A stretch of DNA of 64,000 nt from Eledone cirrhosa (GCA_964016885.1 OZ024742.1:257796001-257860000), one strand, 5' to 3'. Counted from the first letter of the stretch, positions 12,852 to 26,185 are shown. Program-made: numbers and translations. The notes: generated by a model not told the origin, from the letters alone.

Positions 12852-12932
<81 letters not shown>

Positions 12933-13368
12933 CATACCGGTACACATACATATATGCACGCATCAGTTTAGCGGACGCTTATTATAACGCCGCATTTGTT
13001 CGTTTGTAAACAAACTGAACAGCCTGAATTTATGCCATACGGTGTTAAGGCAACCACGTCACCTTTTTGTTCAACACTGACACAGGAACTATGTACTAGT
13101 TTCAAGCTTGTTAGCTATCATCAGTACCGTATACCCATCTGCCAGATAGTTGAACGTTCGAAAGTATATACTTTCCTTAGGAAAATTAACGGCTGAGCAG
13201 CCTAATTTGCATATTGAGTGAGTTAAATCGGTCAGGCATACCGAAAACGATAAGTTGAAAAAAATGAAAACGAAATTTCATTTCTCACTCTTAGTATGGC
13301 ACTTACTTAAATGTAAGTATGTATGTATACGTACATACATATATGTATACAGACGTACAGTAGCATGC

Positions 13369-13461
<93 letters not shown>

Positions 13462-13590
13462 CCAGTACACATACATATATGCACGCATCAGTTTAGCGGA
13501 CGCTTATTATAACGCCGCTTTGTTCGTTTGTAAACAAACTGAACAACCTGAATTTATGCCATACGGTGTTAAGACAACCACGTCACCTTT
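12790..13590 (-). mobile_element. Retrozyme-like tandem unit (about 1.5 copies, period 523 bp including a TA tract) carrying an HHR
   Basis: Sequence starting at 12790 recurs at 13313. HHR on the minus strand at 13089-13130 (CTGATGA-TAGCT-AACA-AGCTT-GAAACTAGTA). Same family at 35960-36820. Confidence 0.7.
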
Positions 13591-13834
13591 TTCTTTTAAT
13601 GTCTAACCCCTAATCTGTACCTTTTCTCACTGTGCTTAACACAGAAACAATTATTACACAATACAATATATTCTTACCTTATATCACCTTGAAAAAATCC
13701 CTCGTAAACATAAACACATTTTTTTGACGTTAGATTATTCATCCTCTATTCATTATTTTCTTCTCCCTTTCATCTAACTTATTCATGCTCATCTCACAGT
13801 ATATCCTTACTTACATTACTTTTGTTTTTTTAAT

Positions 13835-13995
13835 AATACATATCAACATTTTCTTTCCATCGCACATATTATTAAACCCTTAAATATTATTCTTAATACA
13901 TATTAACATTTTCTTTCCATCGCACATATTATTAAACCCTTAAATATTATTCTTAATACATATTAACATTTTCTTTTCATCGCAAATATTAAACC
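13835..13995. repeat. 60-bp tandem repeat (about 2.5 copies)
   Basis: AATACATATTAACATTTTCTTTCCATCGCACATATTATTAAACCCTTAAATATTATTCTT repeated. Confidence 0.85.
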
Positions 13996-14365
13996 GTTCA
14001 ATATACAAACCTTAACTTTACATTATTTTTCTCTTCGTTAATTTTCAAATTATTTTAATTTATACATTATCTTCCAACAGTTTTTCAACCTCTCAATGTA
14101 AAACAATATATTTTTCTCAGTTATAAAAGCTATCTCTCTCTCTCTCTCGATCACACATCTCTCCTCCTATCTCATCCTTCCTCATTATACTCCTCCCCCT
14201 CCACTTTTACTCTCATCTCCTCCTCTTTTTCATCCTTTCCAACCTCCCCCCGCCCTCAAAAATGTTTTTCCGCAATATCACACATCAATCTAAAAGTACT
14301 TTTCATATGTTGATTCAAAACTGCACTATTCACAAGTGTTTTTTAACCTTCATATCATGTCTTCC

Positions 14366-14436
14366 TATTTTATCTGATGAAAACACAAATATTATTGCAT
14401 GATGATATTTGTTTTTGAAATGCGCATAATAAAATA
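14366..14436 (+). ncRNA. Type I hammerhead ribozyme
   Basis: TATTTTAT-CTGATGA-AAACACAAATATTAT...ATGATATTTGTTTTT-GAAA-TGCGCATA-ATAAAATA. 8-bp stem I, palindromic stem III ATGCGCAT, AUA triplet. Confidence 0.85.
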
Positions 14437-14629
14437 CATGGAACTCTTTTAACCATCTTTTGATCTTATATATTATATATATATATATATATATCCAAAA
14501 TTAAGATAAATTAAATGAATTTAATCTAAATAAAAATTATGGGTGTCATGCCAGAAAGACATGCGCCATATCACCCGGAAAATAAGCTCTAAGATTCTAA
14601 CGGGTATGTCCGAGCATTTTATAATAACT

Positions 14630-15115
14630 AAAAATTGATTAACATATATATAAACATGAATAATCACAGGAGATAGTTTTTACAAGTGTGTAACCACACA
14701 TAGCTAGGTAGGTAACTAAATAAAGTTGACCAGAACTTCAAAAATAGGTACCTTATAATATGATTCACGCCACTGGGGCGAAGTTACTATGATGTGTGTA
14801 TTTCTCGTAAATACTACACGTGGTGATGGCCAGACGCAGATTTGAACTTGTAGTGTAAACCCGGATTGCTGGAAATGTCTTCCTTTTTGAAAATCCAAAT
14901 CTCCACTTCCGTGGTTTACCATCCGATTAATTTGTGAAATATATTTCTGTAATGTAATATATACAGAGAAGATTAATCATATTATAAGGTATCTATTTTT
15001 GAAGTTCTTGTCAACTTTATTTAGTTACCTACCTAGCTATGTGTGGTTACACACTTGTAAAAATTAGCTCCTGTGATTATTCATGTTTATATATATGTTA
15101 ATCAATTGCTAGTTA
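14630..15115. repeat. Inverted-repeat cassette (arms about 135 bp); related sequence at about 42300-42620
   Basis: 14632-14765 is the reverse complement of about 14975-15107. Confidence 0.8.
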
Positions 15116-15334
15116 TTATATATATATATATATATATATATGTAGCTGCCTGTACGGCGGAGTTTTGGACACTAGTAAAATTTTGAATGGAAGAGAAACT
15201 AAAGATTAATGAGTAGGAAAATGTTAGACATATCATTTCATTAAAAAGCTCGTATGTGAGAATAAATGCTGAAATATATGTCATAGGAGCATCATCAATA
15301 ACAGTCCTACTAATCCCAGTTATAAGGAGCAAAG

Positions 15335-15365
<31 letters not shown>

Positions 15366-15678
15366 GAGAGAGAGAGAGAGAGAGGGAGAGATAGAGAGAG
15401 AGAGAGAGAAAGAGAGAAAGGGCGAGAAGATAACAATGTAGCCTTAAATACTAAGACTAGAACCGAATAACTATGAACATGAGGGCATTGGCGATGTAGT
15501 AATGGGCATAGAAAATCGTTTAACACCGAATATAAATCAGTTGAAAGTTATCTATTATTGGAATGATTTTGTAAGAATAGAGATAGTATCAACTGCTATG
15601 AGTATCCAATAACATGCATATGAACAGCAACACATTCATACCTACAAGTATACATATACCTACATATGTGATCGCACA

Positions 15679-15765
<87 letters not shown>

Positions 15766-16087
15766 ATATATATATATACACACATATACATATACATATA
15801 CATACATAGATTCATATGACCGATACCTAGATGCAATCTCATATTTTAGGCTGAAAAACTAACGTAGGTTTGACATGTAACAACTTGAAAACATTATCCG
15901 ATGCAATACGTTTAGCAGATAACGAGTTACGAGCCTCTGGCATTTAGCCGGAAATCAGACTATGTGCTACAGAGCGTAAAAATGAATTATAATGCGAGAG
16001 ACAGAATTAGATAGACATGTGAATGAAAAGAGGAGGAATAATGATGAGCAATATATATAAATATATATATATATATACACACACACG

Positions 16088-16231
<144 letters not shown>

Positions 16232-16316
16232 TAGATAGATAGAGAGAGATATATACACATACATATATATATATATATATATGTATATGTATATATGTAT
16301 ATATATATATATATAT

Positions 16317-16402
<86 letters not shown>

Positions 16403-16442
16403 AGAGAGAGAGATATATACACATACATACATATGTATATAC

Positions 16443-16487
<45 letters not shown>

Positions 16488-17441
16488 TATCTATATATAT
16501 ATATATACATATATATATATACATATAGTTATATATGTATATTTCTATGTATGTATATATATATAGATATATACACACACATATATATATATTGTTTCTA
16601 CTGATGTTGCTGATTATTTTCAGCTATTGTCAACCCCTTCTTCAGTGTTTATAACCCTCCACACAACCCTTCCATTCTCCAAGATTCATACGTGCATAAT
16701 CAGGTAAAAGAAACACAAAAATATATATCTATTTGGAGTAAATATAACAAACAAATTTCGATGGTTTTGCTCATTGGAAATTTCTTAGTCAACATTTCTA
16801 TTACGGGAAAATAGATCCCAACATTGGTGAAAATCTATTAATACTAATGTTTGTGAGTATTCATAGGATGGATTCGTGTTCGATACTCCTAAACAAAAAG
16901 CAAATTGTAAGTTAGTTGGTATAGGAATATACAAAATGTTATCGTATTATCCATTACATGTAATGCAACTCTTAAAATTAACTGACTCTAACCTTTTCTT
17001 TCACATACACGTTGAAACCATTTTGAAACAAATCAAGCCTTCTCTGACATTTAGTAATATAGCTAACTTAATATTAAGTTGTTTGTAACATAACAGATGT
17101 TCTTTAAAATATTGACGGAAATGTTTTGAATAAACATAAACGCTCTAACCTATATGTTAATATGTTTCTAAAATAAGACACCCTACAATTTTTTAATGAC
17201 GTAATATGAAAGATTTGTCAATATTGGGATATTTCTCATACAAAACTGGTATTACGAGACTTAAAAAAAACGTTTTTAATTTGATGATGAATGTCTTTTA
17301 AACCAATTTCATTATAAATACGCAGCGTTCTATCATAATTGTTTTAGACCATTTGATATCTTAAGAATTAAAAGTCCTAATAATTTAATTGAATTTTGCG
17401 TTGAAAATATGAACATTTTGGCATAGATTGAACATTTTGGC

Positions 17442-20400
17442 GTAGATTCTTCAAATCCATCTAGGAGGCTGTTTATGTAGACCTTGAAGATGATTGGAGA
17501 CAGGGTGGCCCCTTGTGGAAGACCTTCTTTAAACACTCTGCTCCTACTTGTCGTTGAGTTAAGACGGACTCTCGCGGTGCGAACCATGTCGACAACCATT
17601 CAACAAAACGTAGGGGAACACCAAGCCTCAGCATACTCTGTAGTAGTCCGGTTCTCCAAGACACGATTGTACGCCCTGCTAAAGTCGAAAAAGGTGGCTA
17701 GGGTGCGTTTGCGCTGCGATGACTGGAACCCATGCGAGATGAATTGGGAGAGTCGGAGTCGTTGATCGGTTGTACTGCGTCCTTTCCTGAAATCCGCCTG
17801 CCAGGAACTGAGAATCGAATTCTCCTCGAGCCACCCTGACAGGCGGGTAGCAATCAGTCTTTCAAGTAGTTTCTGCTATTGTTGAGGTCAGTGATATCGG
17901 GCGGTAGCTACATAACTCTGCTGGATCTTTGCCTTTTTGTGGAAAGGTATGATTGTCGCCGTCCGCCAAGACTGGGGGTACCAATTTTTCCTCCAACTAT
18001 GGTTTAAAATTTGCAAAAGTTCAATTCGAATAGATTTGGTTAGGTGTTTGAGGAGGTCTGGCGCTATTTCATCTGGACCTGCTGTTTTACAAGCTTTGAT
18101 CTTTTTAATTGCAGCGTTGAGTTCATCCATGTTGAAATCGGCTTCTATCCTTTGCCTGGGGGCAAGGAGCAGGTCTTTCTTTTCTCTTTTCAATAGTCTT
18201 CCTGTCCTTCTTGATTCTTTGTCGCTCTTTGTTCCACTTATAGTGGCATACTCTCGTACAAAAGCTGCAGCCTTCCCCCCGGTCACTGGCGGAGACAGTA
18301 CTTTCATATGTCAAAGATTTCCCAGTTGACTTTGAAGCTTTGCCACATAATGACTTTACCGTGGCCCATGCCTGCTTGGTATATTTCGTGTCTGAGATTG
18401 TTTGTAAGTGATTTCGCCACGCTTCCCTTTTTCCTTCTGTGAGTCTTCCAATTCCTTTTCAGGACTCTATCCATTCAGCACGGTTTCTTCCCATGTCACG
18501 CCGCAATTTGTTACGTTTACGGATTAAGCTTTTGAGTTGTGGATTCATTCAGGGTGTCTTCCGTGGACGGACGACTTTAATTGGGACTGCTTTGTCCTCC
18601 GCCTTTTTTAGGAGAACGGATAGGGCAACCAACTTGTCGGAATGGGAAGTTTGTTCAGTTACCTGAGATACTCCTTCATCGAGACACTTTTTGAAGGTGG
18701 ACCAGTCAGCTTTCTCGTAGTTGCGGCGTATGTGTGTGTTTGGTCCTTCCACTTTGAGATCGGTTCCCCAGGTAATTATGATTTGTAGATGGTCTGACGC
18801 GAGTTCGTTCATGGTTTCCCATGTGAATTGATCTGCGAGATCGGTATCTACGATGGTAAGATCTGGGGTACTCACACCTGCTCATTGTTGGTATCGCGCC
18901 TCCCTTGTTGGCGAACCATCATTGAGCGTTCATTTTGCGTGATCTTCCAACCAATTTATTATGGTCGCGCCATTGGCATCTGGGCTGGCAAATTCGTCCC
19001 ATGATAGATTATGGTCATTCAACTCGCCACAGATGAGATCATTTTCTGTAGGTAGGTGGTTGTCCCAAATGTGTTCATTGTCGGAGTGCGTGTATCCGAC
19101 CTCTGCGGTGGAAAGTACACATTTGTGACAGGGAAATCTCGTCTGCTGTTTATGTGGGTGATAACCTTTTGTGACTCTAAAGGGCTTGTAGTTGGTGGAA
19201 GGGGGGGGGTATATTGGATAATTTGGCGTATATAGATCAGCAGGCCACCACCTCTATGGTATTTGTGCCGCTACCCGGTCGAACTTCTCTGAGGGAATCA
19301 TAACCATTTATATGCGGTGTCGGGTCTTCTAGTCCAACTTTTGTTTCTTGAATCAAGGCGATATCAACACTGTGGGAGGTAATGAACTGCTTCAATTCTG
19401 TAATCTTGGTCGGTAGGAAGTCTGCATTCCATTGAAGAATCCGCATTCGACGAATGGTATTTCACGGTGGTTTAGATCGGTTTAAAGGCTGTGGGGCAGT
19501 ATTAGAAGGTGGAGCTAGGGAATTTTGTTGACATGTGACACAAATCCATTCCCTTAGTTGGCGAAGACGGTGGAGCGTTGATCTTGTCTCTGGCGCACAT
19601 TTGAGATGGAAGGTGCGACTACAATATTTACATATTAAGAGTGTGTTAGGGTGTCCAATGGTCTTTGTACAGGTAGGATATGATTTATTTACATGGGTAA
19701 GGGTGGGGGCTTGACCGAGAGTGTTGGAAATGGCTAACGTCGCGGATTGGGTTAGGGTATTATGTATATGGGAGATGGTAATGTTCGGGTTTGGAGGCGC
19801 GGGGGGTCTAATAGGGTTGTATGTACATGGGTATTTAAAAGTACGTCACTGTTTTGCTGGCAGCGCTGTTCAGTTAGTACAGTCTGTAAAATGTGTGGTT
19901 GTGTGTGTGGGAGATTTCTACAGTCTAGTTGTGTTTGTGCCGGTGTTGTGTCTATAAGTATGGTGTTGGTTTGTATGTTAGTGTGTGAGGGGGTGAGTGG
20001 GGGGTGTTGGTGTAAGATGTATTTGTACAAGATGAACTTTGCCAAGCGGGGTTTAGTATATTCCTCGAAAGGCCCGTACACCTTTTATGGGAAGTGTTAG
20101 GACATGTAGTAGAGCAAAATAGAGGGGTGTTGTCTGAATGAATTTTTGCATGGCAGATTTGACATCGGCGAATGGAGATCGCTGCAGGAGGGATGGTAGG
20201 TACATAATTATTCCCCCGACAGAAGCCACAGACGAAGCCTTGGGGACTCTTTTTCTGTATTCGAGTCAGGCTAATGCAGATCCTGTGGAAGATACGTCGG
20301 CAAGTCGATCAGGAAATGGGCACGAAGTCTTGTCGGATCGTCCTTGAACATCCAGCGCAGGATTGGCCAGACTTCGACTCGACATCACCCGCTATGAGAA

Positions 20401-20720
20401 GTAACTCCCGGAGATGTAAGGCGCGTCTTACAGCTCCGGTTGTCGAAAAAGAAACGACGTGTCTCTCACCACGCCGCATCTCTGGGTGTATACAGATCCG
20501 AATTTGACAGATATACTTTCGGGCTTCCGACCGAGAATACCGGACGCCCACGAAGGCCGCCACACGAGTAGGTTCCGGATTCTGGTTTGTGCTCTGTCAC
20601 CACTGGTGTTATTGTCAATACCGCCGCCGCTGTTGCTATCTCTATTGTTGTTAAACAAATCAACATCATCCACTTCTCGACCGCTACTTGATGACGAAGA
20701 GAACGAAATGGTTTTCGCCT
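17442..20720 (-). mobile_element. Disrupted APE-type LINE (Ingi/I-like): 2A-like motif, PHD fingers, APE endonuclease, partial RT
   Basis: APE motifs MRILQWNA...ALIQETK, STPDLT and ASDHLQI; RT motifs KTAGPDEI, WRTATIIP, YRPISL and GLPQGATLSP; upstream CxxC...CxxC...FHxxC fingers. The sequence breaks off before the YADD motif. Confidence 0.85.
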
Positions 20721-21049
20721 GACATTTACTGTGTGACGATGACGAAACGAAAAAGGAAAAGGAAAAGGAAAAGGAAAAGGACGAAAAGGAAATTGAGACT
20801 CGTCGCTGACAATTAGATTATCATTGTGGAGCTATACATGTCGCAGGAATTTGTTTTCCCGTATTTTTGCGACTTTTGTACATTTCAATTGCGAACGTAT
20901 TTTAAAAAAAGTTATATTGTTTTGTTTTTAAACACACTCCTCTGCTCTTGAAGAGGTCGAAATTAATTGTTATTTAGCCTTCCTGGGCGAAATTCCAATT
21001 TGAACTCTGCATTTAGCCAATACGTCCCCCAAGAAAAATGCCCTCATTA

Positions 21050-21660
21050 AAAAAACCCATCACTCTTGCATGTATACACTGCTGTTGCGGTCGTCGTCGT
21101 TGTTGTTGCTATTGCTGTTGTGCCTATAAAAGTTTCAGTGATCTTTTCTGCTGTGCTTATAGATGTTGCCATAGGTAGTCTGCTGTCGCTTCCGGCTGTT
21201 GAAGGGAACAAGCTTCAGGCTTTCGGCAAGAGCACTCTGGTGGGGTGTTGCTCTTAGGGATGTTGGTGACGGGGCCTTCATATTCTTAGCGCAGGAGTAT
21301 TCTAGTTTTCCTTTGTGTCTGTTAAAGATGGAGCGGTATTTGTGGCCTGTGGGAAAGTGTCTATCTAAGAGGGCTAGAAATTGTTTCCGTACATTGGTTT
21401 AACGTTGAGTTAGAAGGGGGGAGAGAACAAGATAGTTCGTCTATTGTCACGCTTTCTTATCTTATTGCTGTTGTTGGTAGTGGGAGAGTAAGTGATAGGT
21501 TTCGAGAAACCACCGTTGGCTAAGGCCGTGTTATAGTAGGGTGCCGCTCTGTCAAAGATAGCCTTATTAGAGGAGAGGTTAGAGATTATAGTACTGATAT
21601 TATTTACGAAGTTTCTAAAACCAGTGGGAAGGTGTCATGAGTCCTTGTGAATGTAATTGA
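21050..21660 (-). mobile_element. PLE linker-region fragment, inverted relative to the adjacent 3' fragment
   Basis: YIHKDS.H...ISNLSSNKAIFDRAAPYYNTAL...ILFSPPF...FPTGHKYRSIFN...YSCAKNM, homologous to the 38180-39283 protein. Confidence 0.75.
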
Positions 21661-22233
21661 GTCCCCGGCCAAACGATCATCCACGAAACTCGGGAGCCAC
21701 GTATGATCCCTCAAGGACTCAAGTATTGACTACTCCATTCTATGGAAAGCCATCTCTAAGGCCAAGTCATACGCAAGGGGCAATCCGTCGTGCGGACTAT
21801 GTATTGATGAACGAAGAAATATTCTAAAGAGATTACGCAATAGCGATTGCCTAAACTTAAGGACTGAATTCTTGAGACGTTGTCCACACGTCTGAAAACA
21901 CCTCTTACATAACTACAAAGCTCCGTATTGAATTACAACAACATCCTAATTTTCTTATCAACTAGAGACTTTTGAACTTTTGCAGTTATGGCCCTTACAC
22001 CTCTCGCACGCAATTTTATTTTTCTATTGCCTTGGTAAGATGACCGTTTCTGCGCATGCGCGTTCATACAGTTGTCCTTCCTGTTCCGTATAACCATCTC
22101 TATTACGAGCTGAGGAACCGGTAAAGTGAAACAAGTTTTCACGGTATGGTGAACTAAAAGTTGAGTAACCATTTGTACCTAACTTGTCCCATGGACTGAA
22201 TGCTCTACTACTACGGATATTACCTTCCAGTGT

Positions 22234-22235
<2 letters not shown>
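21660..22235 (+). mobile_element. PLE 3' end (GIY-YIG C-terminus, 3' UTR/pLTR with HHR-like motif at 22106-22141)
   Basis: STKLGSHV...ILWKAISKAKSY...CGLCIDE...LNLRTEFLRRCPH; GAG-CTGAGGA-ACCGGTAAAGT-GAAACAAGTT. A related pLTR copy lies at about 63090-63260. Confidence 0.7.
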
Positions 22236-22301
<66 letters not shown>

Positions 22302-22718
22302 TAAATATATACACAGACACACTTATATATGTATATATGAGCAGAACAAGAAAACATTAAACAATCTAAATAAATTAAAATACGATTTAAATAATTACCT
22401 CTTCTAATGCCACGACGGTTTCGCTTATCAGAAGATTTGAAATTCAGAGAATTTCCAATGGAAAGATATAGCTCTTCAGATAGCTTTTCCAAAATTACTA
22501 GACATAAATCCACGTAGATGTAGATGTATCGCTTCTGCCCGGTGAATGAATCGAGCCGTTAAAATGACCCACACACAAATGGGCCGTTAGAAAAAGCGCG
22601 GGAATTATAGACTCGTTGATATTTCATGTTACTAGAAATAGCAGCATGATACAACATTGTTTTCTCTACATTAAGAAGAATTCAGATAAATGATATAGAT
22701 ATTCCATGAGGTATTAAG

Positions 22719-22777
<59 letters not shown>

Positions 22778-22899
22778 AAGGAAATGTGGAAAGGAACCAG
22801 GTGGACCATAACGCACCAAACTACTCAACCCTTATGGGAGTAGAGTGGGTAATAGGAACGAGTAGGACCCCGACGGCAGTGGTCGGGGTCCTACTCGTT

Positions 22900-22941
<42 letters not shown>

Positions 22942-22949
22942 TATATATA

Positions 22950-23162
22950 TATATTAAAATTACAGATTAAAGTTGAAGCAAAGTATCCTTAACGGGATCT
23001 TCTGAAACTCAGAAGATCCCGTTAAGGGTGAAAGCAGCGATTCGTTGCTTAAACTTTAATCTGTTATTTTAATAAATATTTGCACTACGGTTCTTATATA
23101 TTTATTATATATTTATCCTTATCCAGCCCTCTTTGGATATTAGTCTTCAAATTTATTATTAT

Positions 23163-23170
<8 letters not shown>
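22950..23170 (+). mobile_element. Short dispersed pLTR-like family with variant hammerhead (CAGAAGA core), fold-back copy
   Basis: CAGAAGA-TCCC-GTTAA-GGGT-GAAA-GCAGCGA-T-TCGTTGCT-T-AAACTT at 23010-23056. Partial copies at about 11245, 26048, 27975, 37250 and 50040. Confidence 0.65.
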
Positions 23171-23252
<82 letters not shown>

Positions 23253-23299
23253 ATACATATATATATGTATATATATGTATATATATATATATGTACATG

Positions 23300-23360
<61 letters not shown>

Positions 23361-23390
23361 TAGGCTAGCTGTGTAGCGAACAATTCCACA

Positions 23391-23466
23391 CTTGCTGACT
23401 GAGGATCTTGTGGACTTTTACACTATACATTTCAGTGGCGAAATGAAATAGATTCGTATCAGCAAG
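23391..23466 (+). ncRNA. Probable type I hammerhead ribozyme (stems II and III decayed)
   Basis: 8-bp stem I CTTGCTGA/TCAGCAAG closes CTGAGGA...GAAATAGATTCGTA (GUA triplet). Confidence 0.6.
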
Positions 23467-23731
23467 CTTAAATTGATAAGGTTGGTAATTTAAAACTTTA
23501 CTTCGGAGATTTGATTCTGACTTAGAGTTCTTTCTATTTAATTTCTAACCTCTAGGTGTTGTTTTCCATACAGTAACGGTTAAACTCACATGTAATAATT
23601 CTTTACACACATCCCACTGTGTAGCAGACTTCTCTCTGTGTAATATATTTGAGTTGAGCTCAGTTGAAAATTCTCTGTTCTTCTTTGAGCTAATATTATT
23701 ATTACTGTGAACTGCGGAATATTCCGATCCT

Positions 23732-23785
<54 letters not shown>

Positions 23786-24057
23786 AACAAGTAAGTCCCC
23801 GACGGCTGAGCTCAAGCCGTTTCGACGGCTAATTCTGGACTCCGTTATGGTCCACCTGGTTCCTTACCACATTTCCTTCGTTATATATATATATATATAT
23901 ATATATAGACATATATATATAGACATGCATATGCAATCATGGGATAATATCGAAAAATATTTGTTCGTTGATACAACTGTTGAACACACGGATGGCGATA
24001 GCCATCAGTGCACAGCATGGCTTTCAAAGTCCCTTTGTTTGCAAATGAATCAAATAG

Positions 24058-24240
24058 TATTGGCAATATCGGTAGAGGGTCGGACGCCATGCTTTGACGC
24101 AGAGTTGCGTCCCTTTTCGCTCTGACTTCAAATCCCGCCGCGGTTAACTTTGCCTTTCATACTTACAGGGTCGTTAAAATAAAGTACCAGTAATTCACTG
24201 GTTAATTTCTGGCCTTGTGCAAAAAGTAGAAACAATTATT
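24058..24240 (+). mobile_element. tRNA-derived SINE (cephalopod-like family)
   Basis: A-box TGGCAATATCGG, B-box-like TTCAAATCC, 3' end GGCCTTGTGCAAAAAGTAGAAACAATTATT. Many copies in the window. Confidence 0.75.
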
Positions 24241-24282
24241 CGATATAACCTATGCTTACATATGTAGAGCGAAAAATGCTAC

Positions 24283-24620
24283 TTGCTAGTTACTTGACTA
24301 TGGCAAAGCCGGTCATTGATCGCTCAGATACATATAACTATCTGTTAATATGCAAATCTGGCTGATCAGTGGGTCTGCAAATATGCAGATGTGGCTGATC
24401 AGGCAGTCTGCTAAAATGCACATCAGGTCGATCACTATATAATCTGTGTCTTTGGAATGTTAATAATAATATTCAATTCGTTTGCAATCATGCAAATAAT
24501 CTCTTTAAAGCCAAGTCAGTAGAATAACTCGTCAGATTTGCATATCAGCAGATAGGATAGTCAGTTTCAGGTATACGAACGATTAATGGCCGGCTTTGCC
24601 ATATTCAAATAACTAACAAA
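24283..24620. mobile_element. MITE-like element with long imperfect TIRs
   Basis: TTGCTAGTTACTTGACTATGGCAAAGCCGGTCATTGATCG pairs with CGATTAATGGCCGGCTTTGCCATATTCAAATAACTAACAA; internal ATGCAAATCTGGCTGATCAG-like repeats. Confidence 0.6.
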
Positions 24621-25336
24621 TAATGTATCGCTGTTCATGGCTGAATGTAATCAGCACAGAATATAATGCATCACTGTATGTCACATGACTTGGTTTCGAT
24701 AGCCACTACCTACATGTGAATGAAGAACATCGGAAAGAAGTTAATAAATTACAGGTGGATTTCTACAAACAGGTACAGGATATAATACTGTCAAGACAAG
24801 CGAATAACCTAACGATATTATTAATAAAAAAAGTGAATGTTACCCAAAGTAAAAAAAAAAAGTAGGCAAACGAAGAGATTTTTTCGAATATAAATACAAA
24901 TGAGGAAATTGAGATGAATAATAGTTCGTATATATGATGAAATCCCTCGAAGTAAATATATATTCGTGGCCTTGCAAGCTAGAGAAGGAAGAAAACGAGA
25001 AATGAGATACGGTGAGGTTACTGCGAAGTTCGTTGATTGGTGGAGAAATGAAGTCGGGTGCTTGAAGGGAGTCGTGTTGGAATGATTAGAAATAATATTA
25101 CGAAATGAAAACAATTTATGCGAACCAAAGTCTGCGTCGTTCGACTTTCTCCAAAGTATAAAGATGCCTATAATATAAGGCACACAACAATAGAGTAAAC
25201 AGTGACGCCTCCTCACCTACCTGGTGTTGGTCAGTCTCGATGCGAAGAGAACGTAATCGAAATTATCGATTAAATTCATTTTGTTAATGGAGTGTACGCA
25301 AATTTAAAATGTTTTGATACCTTCAAACACCTTGGA

Positions 25337-25502
<166 letters not shown>

Positions 25503-25636
25503 GTATGTATGTATGTATATATGTATATATATATAAATATATATATATGTATATATATGTATTAATATATACACATATATATATGTAGATATATACATAC
25601 ATACCTATATATATATATAGGTATGTATGTATATAT

Positions 25637-25702
<66 letters not shown>

Positions 25703-25880
25703 ATTATATTATTATATATATATAAATATACACGGGTGTGTATGATTGTGTATAGAAGATTATATTAATAAAAGGAATTCCAACTTTGTCTGATTTACTC
25801 GTTTTATTTACAATCCTTTAAAATTATAATGGTATTAGAATGAAATAGTATGGTAGAATATTAAATGTTAAGTTTTAATT

Positions 25881-25918
25881 TAACAAGCACTTTCATGCTT
25901 TCGCAATCTTCAGGTTCA
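25881..25918 (-). ncRNA. Minimal type I hammerhead ribozyme (family of 5513)
   Basis: TGAAC-CTGAAGA-TTGC-GAAA-GCAT-GAAA-GTGC-TT-GTT. Confidence 0.65.
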
Positions 25919-25967
25919 TATCCTGTGGTGACAGTCAAGTTTGCAATTTTCAACTGAATATATATAT

Positions 25968-26041
<74 letters not shown>

Positions 26042-26086
26042 ATAATAAGCAGCGATTCTTTGCTTAAACTTTAATCTGTTATTTTA

Positions 26087-26185
<99 letters not shown>

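Noticed and set aside
16600-16660. CTGAAGA...GAAA on the minus strand
   Set aside because: Stems I and III do not close convincingly.
20521-20600. Possible HDV-like ribozyme near the LINE 5' end (CCTACTCGTGTGG on the minus strand)
   Set aside because: I could not build the nested double pseudoknot by eye; it needs a descriptor search.
22400-22440. CTGATAA-GC-GAAAC on the minus strand
   Set aside because: G8 is missing, there is no stem II and stem I is out of register.
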